Source: an uncultured Verrucomicrobiales bacterium
GTDB taxonomy: Bacteria; Verrucomicrobiota; Verrucomicrobiia; Verrucomicrobiales; DEV007
Length of the DNA stretch: 64,000 bases
Assembly: GCA_963977055.1 (NCBI GenBank)
Contig: CAXBMX010000019.1
Location: 28,504 to 92,503 of the forward strand
Direction of reading: 5' to 3'
The position numbers and the translations under genes were made by a program. Each line of letters starts with the position of its first letter. The stretch's first letter is position 1. The notes under the pieces were generated by a model. That model was not told the DNA's origin. It ran no database searches and was given only the letters and a program-made list of their open reading frames with translations. Below, piece after piece: positions 39,774 through 48,872 of this stretch.

Positions 39774-41159
39774 TCACTCTTTGATCCGAACTTTTCTAGA
39801 TCCCCGTGGCATTCTAACCGCCCAGAAAATCGCCAAGTAGACTAAAACCTGTAGCTGGATGGCTGGGATCTGCAAAGGGAAGTCAATGAGAGCGTGAGTC
39901 AAAACCAGAACTAATGCTATCAGACCACAGCTGATTGAACTCTCAATCGTTCTTCTTTTTGCCAGCCGGCGAACAAAGATTGACGCTCGGAGGATTCCTC
40001 CTCCGATAAGCACGAGCCAAGCAGTAGCTCCCACAAATCCCCACTCGATAGCAGCCTGAAGATAGTCTTGATGAGCATGAGAGTAAACGCCACCAATTGA
40101 TCCGTTATCCTCACGATAGAACGGGAAAATTAAGTGAAACGTCCCTGGACCTTTGCCGTAAATACCCGAATCACCGAGTAGGTTAATACAGTAACCATAT
40201 GCCGTAATCCTACCGCCTACATTTCCCCAGCGATCAATAAACCCATTCCAATTTTCGACAGATGTAGAAAGAGATGGAAGCAAAACAATACAAAATACAG
40301 TTAAGCAAAGGAACGCCGACACTGCTAATGTAGCTTTTGAATAGGTACCCGAAAAAAATTCATTCCGAAACCTGCATGCACATATCAATATTCCAGCCAG
40401 CCCCAGCACATGACCGGCTTTCGAAGTGTTAACGAAAACGGCCAAAACAGTGAAGAATAGAACAGTTAACCAGAAAGAACTCTCCAAACTTCCACGCTTC
40501 TTGGTTCGACAGTGCAACCATACCGTTAACGCCGCAGGCCAGGAAAGATTCAGAAATGCGGCGGCATTTGCGTGGTAGCGGAAAGCGGCAAAGAACTTCA
40601 CTATCGGTTTCTCGGAATGCACCCAGAGCATATTTTCTGCTCCTCCCGCTTTCTGCGCAATCCCAATCACCGTGATCACAAACCCAGAAAGCGCTATCGC
40701 TTTCAAAACAATGCTACGAATTCTTCTGTCCCTCGTTAAGTCGATCAAAACAACGAGACCCATAGAAAGTGCGGCATAGTGGATTATCGCCTGCTGAGTG
40801 GTCGCTTTGTCAATGGTTCCGGGCAACCATGAAACAGCTCCGACGATTTCATCGAACCCCCAAAAAGATTCAAAAAATATCGATTTGGGATTTAACCAGC
40901 AGACGACCCCGTATACCTGGAGAAAGATGATCGCGCCGAGGCAGACAGAATTTAATCTGGGCAGCCTTTTCTCTTTTAAGAGAAAAAGTATCCAGCCCAG
41001 AAATGACAATAATAGTAGTCCGTCAATAACTCCCACTGTGATGGGCGTTGTGCCGCCAAATCCTAAGGGAGCAAACAACAGCGCGACGACAATTGGGACT
41101 AGGGCTAGATTCCTCGCTGAATTGGAAGCTTGGCTAAAATCGTCCGTCATGAGCAGCAA
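39774..41159 (-). CDS. O-antigen ligase / oligosaccharyltransferase family protein (Wzy_C domain)
   Basis: FRYHANAAAFL, TSKAG, GRITAY, GKGPGTF, HAHQDYLQAAIEWG, HALIDFPLQIPA. Confidence 0.85.
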   Translation of the reverse strand: MLLMTDDFSQASNSARNLALVPIVVALLFAPLGFGGTTPITVGVIDGLLLLSFLGWILFLLKEKRLPRLNSVCLGAIIFLQVYGVVCWLNPKSIFFESFWGFDEIVGAVSWLPGTIDKATTQQAIIHYAALSMGLVVLIDLTRDRRIRSIVLKAIALSGFVITVIGIAQKAGGAENMLWVHSEKPIVKFFAAFRYHANAAAFLNLSWPAALTVWLHCRTKKRGSLESSFWLTVLFFTVLAVFVNTSKAGHVLGLAGILICACRFRNEFFSGTYSKATLAVSAFLCLTVFCIVLLPSLSTSVENWNGFIDRWGNVGGRITAYGYCINLLGDSGIYGKGPGTFHLIFPFYREDNGSIGGVYSHAHQDYLQAAIEWGFVGATAWLVLIGGGILRASIFVRRLAKRRTIESSISCGLIALVLVLTHALIDFPLQIPAIQLQVLVYLAIFWAVRMPRGSRKVRIKE

Positions 41160-41232
41160 TAGATAGCCTGAAAGACAGGCTCTAACGACCGATAGAGATG
41201 CTTTACATCAAAAAAGAGGCGTGCCAAACACA

Positions 41233-43296
41233 CTATTCTGAGGCGTTTCGCTCGACACCTTCTAGCTTACCCAAGTCGGAAGTGCCTTCTTCTTTCGGGG
41301 TCTCGTCATCATCACTAGGCTCAACACTTGAATAGTTCGAGTAACTACCCCCACCGCCGTAGTATGAATAGTAGTATCCGTATCCACCCTTGGTTCTCGC
41401 TATAGGTAAACCATTGGCAACCACTCCTACCGGATAGGATGCATTATCTTTTAAGGTTCTCACGGCACGCTTAATAGCCGTTCGAGGCGTCTTTCCAATC
41501 CGACAGACCAAGACAACCGATTGAGCTAATTTGGCAATCGGAAGAGTATCCGCCACAGGAATCAGAGGCGCTGAATCAATAATAATTCGATCGAAATATT
41601 CTGAGAGTTTGGCTAACAAACCGGGAAGATTTTTACCTGCCAGCAATTCCGAAGGATTCGCAGAGTAGCTACCAGCGGACATCACAAACATATTTTCTGA
41701 AAATTCCGTTCGCTTGATAACTTCCTTAAAACTTTTACCAAGTGACAGATAATCTGCCAAGCCCACCGATTTTTGGCTATAGCCAAATATCTCATGCTGA
41801 ACCGGCCTTCTTAAGTCCGCATCAATTAAGAGAGTTCGGTCGCCTTGCGTGGCAAAGGAGCTAGCCAAATTGGCAGCAACGAAACTTTTGCCTTCTCCAG
41901 GAACGGCACTTGTTACTAAAAATGTACACCGTTCACTCGAATCGCCCAAAAAGGTGAGGCCTGCTCGAAGAGTTCTCACTGCTTCCGTAGCCTGCGAATT
42001 TGGGTCAGCCTGTAACATCAACGCACTGCTTCGACCTAATTTCTTTGCCCCAGGCATCGCACCGATTACCGGAATTCCAGTCAATACCTCCAAATCAGCA
42101 ACAGTTCTGACAGTTGGGTCCAAGAAGCCCATTAGGAATATCAATCCGATACCGATTGCGCTGCCTGCCAAAACAAATTTGGTAATCAGCTTTTTCTTGA
42201 CGGGAGCAATCGGACTAGTGGGCAAATAGGGATTCTGCAACACCTCGAATTGCTTGGTGGCAAATCCAGCTGAAAGATTTCCTTCCTTCAGTTTCGTAGT
42301 CAAATTGTCATACATCTGTTGCTCGACTTCAATTTCACGTTCCAATACGCTCGCACGCGTCGATGCCAGCTGAATTTGGGCATTGATAAGATCCTCTCCC
42401 ACGAGTCCAACCAATACCTGCTGATTAACCTGCCAGAATTTGGCTTCGTCAGCAGATGATCTCAGCACTTGCTGCAACTCCTTTCCAAATCGCTCGTTTA
42501 ATATTCTACCAAGTTCTTTCGCTTCAACCAGAGCGGGCCAGCGAGGTAGGTATCGCTTCTCCATTTCACTAATAGACCGCTCGGAATTCCTGATCTCCTC
42601 GCTCAATTCGATACACCTGTTATAAAGACGATTCGCTTTTTCGAGGCCAAGTAATTTTTCTTTGATCACTGTCGAGTTTTCCAAAATATAGTCGAGGGCA
42701 TATTCAGATGAACCCGCGACCTTACTTTCGATTGCCCTTTCATATTCCGAGAGCAACGCAATCACAATATCCCTCGCAATCGTAGGGTCACTATGAGTAC
42801 CGTATATGTCGAGCAAAGTGGTATCCTCTCGCCAACTAACAGTAACCCAACTCCGCATCATCCCCCCTAAAACAGCCGGATTAATTTCCTTACTGGAAAC
42901 AGACATATCCTCTTCCCATGGCAGCTTAAAGAGCTTAGGAAGCACATCCTCGCGCTCGGAAAAAAGATGACTTCGAGCAATCTCCGCATAAATACTGGGC
43001 ATTTTCAGCTTCTCTGAAGCTGAAAGTAGTTCTCCAACTCCTGTCATACGAATCCGCTCTTCTTCATCAACGTCAGCGGCATCTTGCTTAACTCGTCGAA
43101 TCTCAATCGTGGCGGAGGAGCGAAATGTTTCCGGGGTATTGGTGAAGATGAAAAGCCCATAAAAGTACCCTCCCAGGGCACAGATAAGAAATATCCAAAA
43201 ACGACGAAGAAACCATCTTAGAAAGTCTTGCGGACCCCTCGTAGTTTGTGGAGCCGTGTTGCTTAGTTCCTCCTCTTGATAATCCGATTCGTTCAT
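41233..43296 (-). CDS. wzc: Polysaccharide co-polymerase / BY tyrosine kinase
   Basis: Two TMs flanking a coiled-coil region, Walker A SAVPGEGKS, LIDADLRRP, IIIDSAP, Tyr cluster GGYGYYYSYYGGGGSYSNY. Confidence 0.92.
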   Translation of the reverse strand: MNESDYQEEELSNTAPQTTRGPQDFLRWFLRRFWIFLICALGGYFYGLFIFTNTPETFRSSATIEIRRVKQDAADVDEEERIRMTGVGELLSASEKLKMPSIYAEIARSHLFSEREDVLPKLFKLPWEEDMSVSSKEINPAVLGGMMRSWVTVSWREDTTLLDIYGTHSDPTIARDIVIALLSEYERAIESKVAGSSEYALDYILENSTVIKEKLLGLEKANRLYNRCIELSEEIRNSERSISEMEKRYLPRWPALVEAKELGRILNERFGKELQQVLRSSADEAKFWQVNQQVLVGLVGEDLINAQIQLASTRASVLEREIEVEQQMYDNLTTKLKEGNLSAGFATKQFEVLQNPYLPTSPIAPVKKKLITKFVLAGSAIGIGLIFLMGFLDPTVRTVADLEVLTGIPVIGAMPGAKKLGRSSALMLQADPNSQATEAVRTLRAGLTFLGDSSERCTFLVTSAVPGEGKSFVAANLASSFATQGDRTLLIDADLRRPVQHEIFGYSQKSVGLADYLSLGKSFKEVIKRTEFSENMFVMSAGSYSANPSELLAGKNLPGLLAKLSEYFDRIIIDSAPLIPVADTLPIAKLAQSVVLVCRIGKTPRTAIKRAVRTLKDNASYPVGVVANGLPIARTKGGYGYYYSYYGGGGSYSNYSSVEPSDDDETPKEEGTSDLGKLEGVERNASE

Positions 43297-43409
43297 ATCA
43301 CAATATAATGCATCGTTGCGCACGCCGGCCAACTACTTCCGTCTAGCCCGGAACGATAATGGCCGCATCCAGCAAAGCCATCAAAACGATTCGCAATCCT
43401 CTCAAAACC

Positions 43410-44237
43410 TTAGAATATACTTTCCGGAACCGAGATCGTGTCATTGGGCTGAAGTATGAACGGCGCACTCTGATCCTTTTGCATCTTAGTGATATTCACC
43501 TCAAAGGTTTTCACCCCTTCGGCCGTTCGTCGCCTCACCACTACTTTTGACGGTCTTGCAATATTGGTAAGCCCTCCGGCGACTGCAATGGCCGTGATCA
43601 GATCGAATGGATTATCGGGATCCATTTCAATGGCACCCGGTTTAGTGACCTGACCAATCACAGTAACCGTTGTTATCCTCTCCTTTACCTCTTCAAGCGC
43701 GTGAACGATCACTGTGTCACCTTCTCGAAGTTGATAGTTCCTATCAGCATCAATCGACAAAATCGCGGTGCGGAGGTCGGCCCCTTCGCGACGTTTAAGC
43801 TCAATCCGATTCCTATTTCCCCGCTCGGCTAGACCTCCCGCCGAAGCGACGGCGGTAAATAGGTCGATTGAGGTTCCAGCGTCAAAATTGACTCGCCCGG
43901 GTGAAGTTACCTGGCCGATAACAGTGACTGATTGGGGCGGAAGCTCTGACTCCTTTGAAAGCGCCACGACGACTTGCGCATCGCGAATGAAGTCAGCCTC
44001 CAATCGAACTTCAATCTCAGAGGCCAGGTCTTTCGCTGACTTCCCTACCGCTGCCAAACTGCCAAGCAGCGGCAATACCACGCCACCACTTGGTCCTACC
44101 GTAAAAGGTCCTGAGAGCGACGCTTCATCAAAAACAGTAACACTGACAATGTCTCCTTCCTTCAGGAGAACATCTTCCGACCACGCGCATTGAACGGCTC
44201 CAATTGCGAAAACTGCAACCCAAATTGCGAATCTCAT
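43410..44237 (-). CDS. wza: Polysaccharide export protein (Poly_export plus two SLBB domains)
   Basis: LKEGDIVSVTVFDE, VTVIGQVTSPG, AGGL, LQPNDTISVPESIF. Confidence 0.88.
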   Translation of the reverse strand: MRFAIWVAVFAIGAVQCAWSEDVLLKEGDIVSVTVFDEASLSGPFTVGPSGGVVLPLLGSLAAVGKSAKDLASEIEVRLEADFIRDAQVVVALSKESELPPQSVTVIGQVTSPGRVNFDAGTSIDLFTAVASAGGLAERGNRNRIELKRREGADLRTAILSIDADRNYQLREGDTVIVHALEEVKERITTVTVIGQVTKPGAIEMDPDNPFDLITAIAVAGGLTNIARPSKVVVRRRTAEGVKTFEVNITKMQKDQSAPFILQPNDTISVPESIF

Positions 44238-44339
44238 ACTTTCTTCTCAGCCTCAACCTCCCACAAAATCGAACGCACCTTCACGACAGGACATTCACCC
44301 GTCGATGAAGAATACTTCTACCTCTAGGTGCCCTATGCC

Positions 44340-44792
44340 CTATGGGGTGAATGGTGACACTTCAGGTCCCCTCGAGCTCCCCGGGTTCACCAAACTCAGG
44401 TTTGGACTGGTTGTATGCCTGCCATTCGTTGCCTCCACCACCGGTGCATCAAAAACGATATCTTCACCATTTCGGATATCAATCAGCGCAGTCTGGACTT
44501 GCAATCCATTTGGATAGGTAAATCGGACGCGATACTTACCTGGAGGAATTGCCGTAAAATTATATTGGCCATTCGCATCAGCCACCATTGTTGCAATAAC
44601 AGTGCCGTTATTACTAAGCAATTCCACCGTCGTACCAGGGACAACAGGCTCGCCAGCATCAGCTTCACCATCGCCATCGGAGTCAACGAAGACGACACCA
44701 GAGACAGAGCCCGCTTGGGCAAATATCTCCTGAGAGCACCCAAAGACGAGCGCCACAACAATTACTGAGATCCAAATTTTATATAGTTTCAT
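44340..44792 (-). CDS. Small secreted protein with an SdrD B-like / Cna-type Ig domain
   Basis: Signal peptide, SVSGVVFVDSDGDGEADAGEP, TTVEL, ADANGQYNFTAIPPGKYRVRF, tail LVNPGSSRGPEVSPFTP. Confidence 0.8.
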   Translation of the reverse strand: MKLYKIWISVIVVALVFGCSQEIFAQAGSVSGVVFVDSDGDGEADAGEPVVPGTTVELLSNNGTVIATMVADANGQYNFTAIPPGKYRVRFTYPNGLQVQTALIDIRNGEDIVFDAPVVEATNGRHTTSPNLSLVNPGSSRGPEVSPFTP

Positions 44793-44829
44793 ATTCTATA
44801 AAGTTTCAATGTTTCGTGAAAAAATCTAA

Positions 44830-46095
44830 TTAATAAGTAACACCAAACCGAACCCCTGCAATTGACTGATCAAAAGAAGCAATAGCAAGATTCGAGTCGT
44901 TTTCATTGTAGTTATAAAATACGCTCATTACGCCGCCCACACTCTCGCAGAGGCGAACAGGATGAGAAAGAGAAACACCCAAGCGGAGGAAATCGTCCTC
45001 TCTTAGATTAGCGATAACCGTCCCCGCACCTGAAGAGAAGTAGTCGGCATTTTCATATCCAACATTTGCAGCCAACTGAAACTGCCCCGGGAGATCGTGA
45101 GAAATCGTCAAGATAAAAGCGTCCGAGGTATAGTCCTGGCTGACACCGCTAGAGGAAGGCCTAACCGTCCTCGCTGCGTAGAAATCAAGAGAAGTCTTAT
45201 CAGAAACCGCCCACGCAACTCCTACATCATAAACGAAATTTTCACTGTCGCCACCAGTCGAGGTAGCATTGGAACGGGACTCATATCCCATCGATCCGTA
45301 AGCAGTCGTCTTCGCTGAAGCCTGATAGCGCCAGCGGAATGAAGGAGCAATCGTATCTTGGTTCACGTTGCCAGTGAAGTCATCAGTCCCAACCCTAAGA
45401 CCCACACCCAAACTTGATTTTGGCGCAAATATCGGCTTATGGAAGAAAGCAAAGTCACCGTAGTAGCTATTCTGGTCATTCAGAAGAGTCCCTGAGTCAA
45501 AATCTCTCATGAAGTAGCCTCCCCCAAACTCAATCGAGCCTCGGTCTAAATCCCGTACTACCGACGCATCAATTCTGTAGTCATGACTTTGAGCATTCCT
45601 TGCCTCACGATCAATGCCCGAGAACTCGATCGAGTTTCCATTATTCCGGTAATAGTTGGTATCCAACCTGAAACGAGTCTTACCACCATTCAGCCCAAAA
45701 AAGCCTCCAACATAGTGCTCCAACGGATCACGGCCAGCGGCGGCAGCAGAATTTTCATACCAATAGGCGTTGCCGTCATAATTGAAGCCATACACCACCC
45801 CTCTAGCACCTTCATCACCGGAGGCGAACGCCACCCCATAATCAAAGACACCCATCCACGCCCCAGTGCCATTAGACAATTGGGTTGTGTTTGAATTGTA
45901 TACGGCGGATGCACCCCCGTAGAGACTTAACTTGTATGGCGACTCCTGCAGCAATCCAGCGCCAGGCGCCTCATAAGCTGACTTCCCAGAGTAGGATGAC
46001 TTGCCGGAATCGGCGTAATAATCACCCGAAATAAGGGTTCCCGGCGCGGTTATTGCGAAGCCGATTAAGGCCAATGCGTATCTCTTTATGTTCAT
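44830..46095 (-). CDS. Outer-membrane beta-barrel protein of the polysaccharide export locus
   Basis: Signal peptide, alternating Tyr/Gly/Asn-rich strands, C-terminal GVRFGVTY, position between wecA and wza. Confidence 0.75.
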   Translation of the reverse strand: MNIKRYALALIGFAITAPGTLISGDYYADSGKSSYSGKSAYEAPGAGLLQESPYKLSLYGGASAVYNSNTTQLSNGTGAWMGVFDYGVAFASGDEGARGVVYGFNYDGNAYWYENSAAAAGRDPLEHYVGGFFGLNGGKTRFRLDTNYYRNNGNSIEFSGIDREARNAQSHDYRIDASVVRDLDRGSIEFGGGYFMRDFDSGTLLNDQNSYYGDFAFFHKPIFAPKSSLGVGLRVGTDDFTGNVNQDTIAPSFRWRYQASAKTTAYGSMGYESRSNATSTGGDSENFVYDVGVAWAVSDKTSLDFYAARTVRPSSSGVSQDYTSDAFILTISHDLPGQFQLAANVGYENADYFSSGAGTVIANLREDDFLRLGVSLSHPVRLCESVGGVMSVFYNYNENDSNLAIASFDQSIAGVRFGVTY

Positions 46096-46178
46096 GCTTG
46101 TGTTTGAAAACTGTTAGAACCGATAATCTTGGAGGTTATTTGCTTCGACTTCAAGAGAAATTCTAAATAAAATCTAAT

Positions 46179-47705
46179 TTATAATTTTGATAAACGTTCT
46201 CTATTTTCAAGTATCTCTGTTTCCCGTTTTACGCTAGTTTGATTCAATCTTGTTTCGACCGCATCAAGTGGTTCATCGTGGCTGGTTTCGATAATGCCCA
46301 ACCCGTCCGGGTACCCACCCCACCTCGCCTTGCCATTCATGACAGCGGGATAGAAACAGCGCATTACTCTAGTCCACTGACTGCGCCGCCCTTTAGGGAT
46401 TGGGCAACAGAGATTCCACACATGGTCCTCACCGATGGGAAAAACAATCAGACACGATTCCAATTCGCAGGCGTAATCTCCGCTCGCTCCCTTTGATGCA
46501 GGGACAATTTTGAGCTTCTTTAATGCCAGTAGCAACTCGTCCCAATACTCCTGCTCTGCCTCAAGGCGATCAACGTCGTGTTCCAGTACTTGAGCCATTG
46601 AATAAGCGTAACGAACATCTTTACGGGAGGCGATCAACTCCCTCATAACAGCTCTAGCTTCAGACACAGTATGCGGCAACCCGAGAAATCGGAGGGCTGA
46701 AAGGACTGCCACCACCACGACCATCCCGGCAATTGGCAATGAATTCCCTTTGGTTACAAAAACACTCAAACCCAGCAAGCAAAGCCCGGCAAACACCCCG
46801 TATAACACCATGAGAACGATGCGCTTGGAAAAGCCCAAGGTCATTAATCGGTGATGAAGGTGCCTCGCATCGGGCGCCATCACGGGTAAACCCGACAACG
46901 ATCGGCGCAAAACGGCCAGGGACGTATCCAGAATTGGAAATCCCAATGCTATAATAACCACCAAAAGAGGACCAAAAATCGAGCCCTTGTTCGAGGTTAG
47001 CAGAGATGAGCCCGCAATAAAGAAACCAAGCAGATAAGCGCCGCCGTCTCCCATGTAAATTCTCGCTGGAGGAAGATTAAAAACCAGGAAAGCCGCAATA
47101 CCTCCCGCCACACCAACGCCCAGAGTAGCCAATGCGATATTCCCGGTCATCATCCCAATCACAGCCAGGGTAATCGAGAGAAAAAGGCTGATCCCGCCAG
47201 CCAAACCATCCAATCCATCAATGAGGTTAATCAGATTAGGCAAAGCCACAAACCACAGAACCGTCAACACAAGGCCATAACCACCCAAATCCAATGATCC
47301 TGATTCCAGTGGATCCGTAATAGATTCGATCCGCATTCCGCACGAATAGGCCGCAACAGCGATCCCTATCTGCGCCAAAAATTTGATTTTGGCTGGCACT
47401 TGATACAAATCGTCAACAATCCCCAAAATGAAGATCGCCGAACCCAGAAAGAGAAACGCATAGGAAACCAGAGACTCTGACTCCCCCTTTTCGCCAAGAA
47501 CAGCAAAGAAAAATGACACGACAAATGCGGCGTAGATAGGAAGCCCTCCAATCCGCAAAATAGGCTCCGCCTGATGTTTTCTGATTCCATCAGCAGCATC
47601 CACCCCCCTCTCAAACCGCCAATATCGGCGCAGCAACACAATCCCGACGAATGCTACCGCAAACGCCGCTACCGCCACTCCACTATATTGCGCAAGTTGA
47701 TTCAT
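46179..47705 (-). CDS. wecA: MraY/WecA-family polyprenyl-phosphate sugar-1-phosphate transferase with C-terminal extension
   Basis: RIGGLPI, GIVDDL, NLINLIDGLDGLAGG, IYMGDGG, PDARHLHHRL. Confidence 0.88.
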   Translation of the reverse strand: MNQLAQYSGVAVAAFAVAFVGIVLLRRYWRFERGVDAADGIRKHQAEPILRIGGLPIYAAFVVSFFFAVLGEKGESESLVSYAFLFLGSAIFILGIVDDLYQVPAKIKFLAQIGIAVAAYSCGMRIESITDPLESGSLDLGGYGLVLTVLWFVALPNLINLIDGLDGLAGGISLFLSITLAVIGMMTGNIALATLGVGVAGGIAAFLVFNLPPARIYMGDGGAYLLGFFIAGSSLLTSNKGSIFGPLLVVIIALGFPILDTSLAVLRRSLSGLPVMAPDARHLHHRLMTLGFSKRIVLMVLYGVFAGLCLLGLSVFVTKGNSLPIAGMVVVVAVLSALRFLGLPHTVSEARAVMRELIASRKDVRYAYSMAQVLEHDVDRLEAEQEYWDELLLALKKLKIVPASKGASGDYACELESCLIVFPIGEDHVWNLCCPIPKGRRSQWTRVMRCFYPAVMNGKARWGGYPDGLGIIETSHDEPLDAVETRLNQTSVKRETEILENRERLSKL

Positions 47706-47713
47706 TTTCTGAG

Positions 47714-47876
47714 AAAAATTATAACTGCAACCGCCTTAAATTTGAAAAGTTTTGAATGGAATCACACACACAAACCATTAATTCTATTTAGGCGCGCCAA
47801 CCTAAGGGTCAAATTACCATCCGTAAAAAGAAATTTGTTCATTTTTCAAAACTTTTCGCAATAGATTATAATTTTT
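47714..47876. repeat. Two nested inverted repeats upstream of wecA
   Basis: AAAAATTATAA 47714-24 / TTATAATTTTT 47866-76, and GAAAAGTTTTGAA 47744-56 / TTCAAAACTTTTC 47845-57. Confidence 0.6.
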
Positions 47877-48122
47877 GCGAATGCCAAAAGAAATCAGCGC
47901 TTCTCTGTGTCTCCATTGTTTTACCGGTTTTCTCATAAATGACTTACAGTGAACGATTTACACCATTAGGTCGATGCCTAACTCATCCATCAGTGCCTCA
48001 TCATTCCGCACTCAACATCGATGAGGCTCACTAGGAGATCCACTTTTATAGCGTGACGTGTTCTTCAAGCCACTTTTTCACTTTCGGCTTTCGCTACCAC
48101 AGCGCCTCGCTAGGCTAACCAA

Positions 48123-48872
48123 GTGAATTGGAGCACCAGAAGAATTCTTGTTACCGGAGGAACTCGAGGCATCGGGCGGGCAATTGCCACCGCATTGCTA
48201 AACAAAGGGGTCAAACAGCTAATCGTAGCGGCCGAAGAGAAGGAACCTCACTCATGGGAAGAATTGGCAAGCGGAGGGGCTCAATACCTGCGGGCTGATT
48301 TAGGAACCGAAGATGAACCCGGGGAACTGGTGCGTAAGTCCTGTGAATCAATGGGCGGGATCGATGGCTTGGTCCATTGTGCCGGTGTCTATCTCGAAGG
48401 AAATCCGGGAAACCGAACTGCGGCACAGCTCTGGAACGAAACCATCAACGTCAAAGCAAGGGGAGGCTATCTACTGGCGCATGAATTTTCAGCACTCGCC
48501 GAGGAAGGCTCAAGCTTCGTCGGAATCACTTCGATCAATGCCGAGCGGTCCGAGCCAGATCACCTGGCCTATGATCCCGCCTGCGCTGCGCTCGGAGGAG
48601 TAATCCGGGCCTTCGCGGTTCATTGCGCGCCTCGAGTCAGATACAATGGACTCGCTCCCGGCTTAATCCAAACCCGACTGACCGAAGAAGTGGCCTCGTC
48701 TGCCCAATTGAGAAATCATGCTGCGAAAAATATACCGATGGGGGAAATCGGGCAACCGGAAGACTGCGTCGGTGCGGCTCTCTTTCTTTTAAGCACTGAC
48801 TCAGCCTATATCACAGGAGAAACGATCTTCGTGGACGGCGGCATTCATGCCAATCAGATGTCACGAGATTGA
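48123..48872 (+). CDS. SDR-family oxidoreductase with atypical active site (YxxxC)
   Basis: TGGTRGIG, HCAG, ITSINA, AYDPACAAL, NGLAPGLIQT, YITGETIFVDGG. Confidence 0.88.
   Translation: MNWSTRRILVTGGTRGIGRAIATALLNKGVKQLIVAAEEKEPHSWEELASGGAQYLRADLGTEDEPGELVRKSCESMGGIDGLVHCAGVYLEGNPGNRTAAQLWNETINVKARGGYLLAHEFSALAEEGSSFVGITSINAERSEPDHLAYDPACAALGGVIRAFAVHCAPRVRYNGLAPGLIQTRLTEEVASSAQLRNHAAKNIPMGEIGQPEDCVGAALFLLSTDSAYITGETIFVDGGIHANQMSRD

Noticed and set aside
40210-40217. Minus-strand GGCGGTAG in the ligase gene
   Set aside because: Mid-CDS (Gly-Gly-Arg codons), no TG and no hairpin; an 8-mer is expected by chance.
47652-47676. Two GCGGTAGC ops-like strings on the minus strand near the start of wecA
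   Set aside because: They lie within the CDS, are explained by Ala-Val-Ala codons, and lack the terminal TG of ops.
47763-47772. (CA)5 tract upstream of wecA as a phase-variation site
   Set aside because: Too short to support slipped-strand switching.
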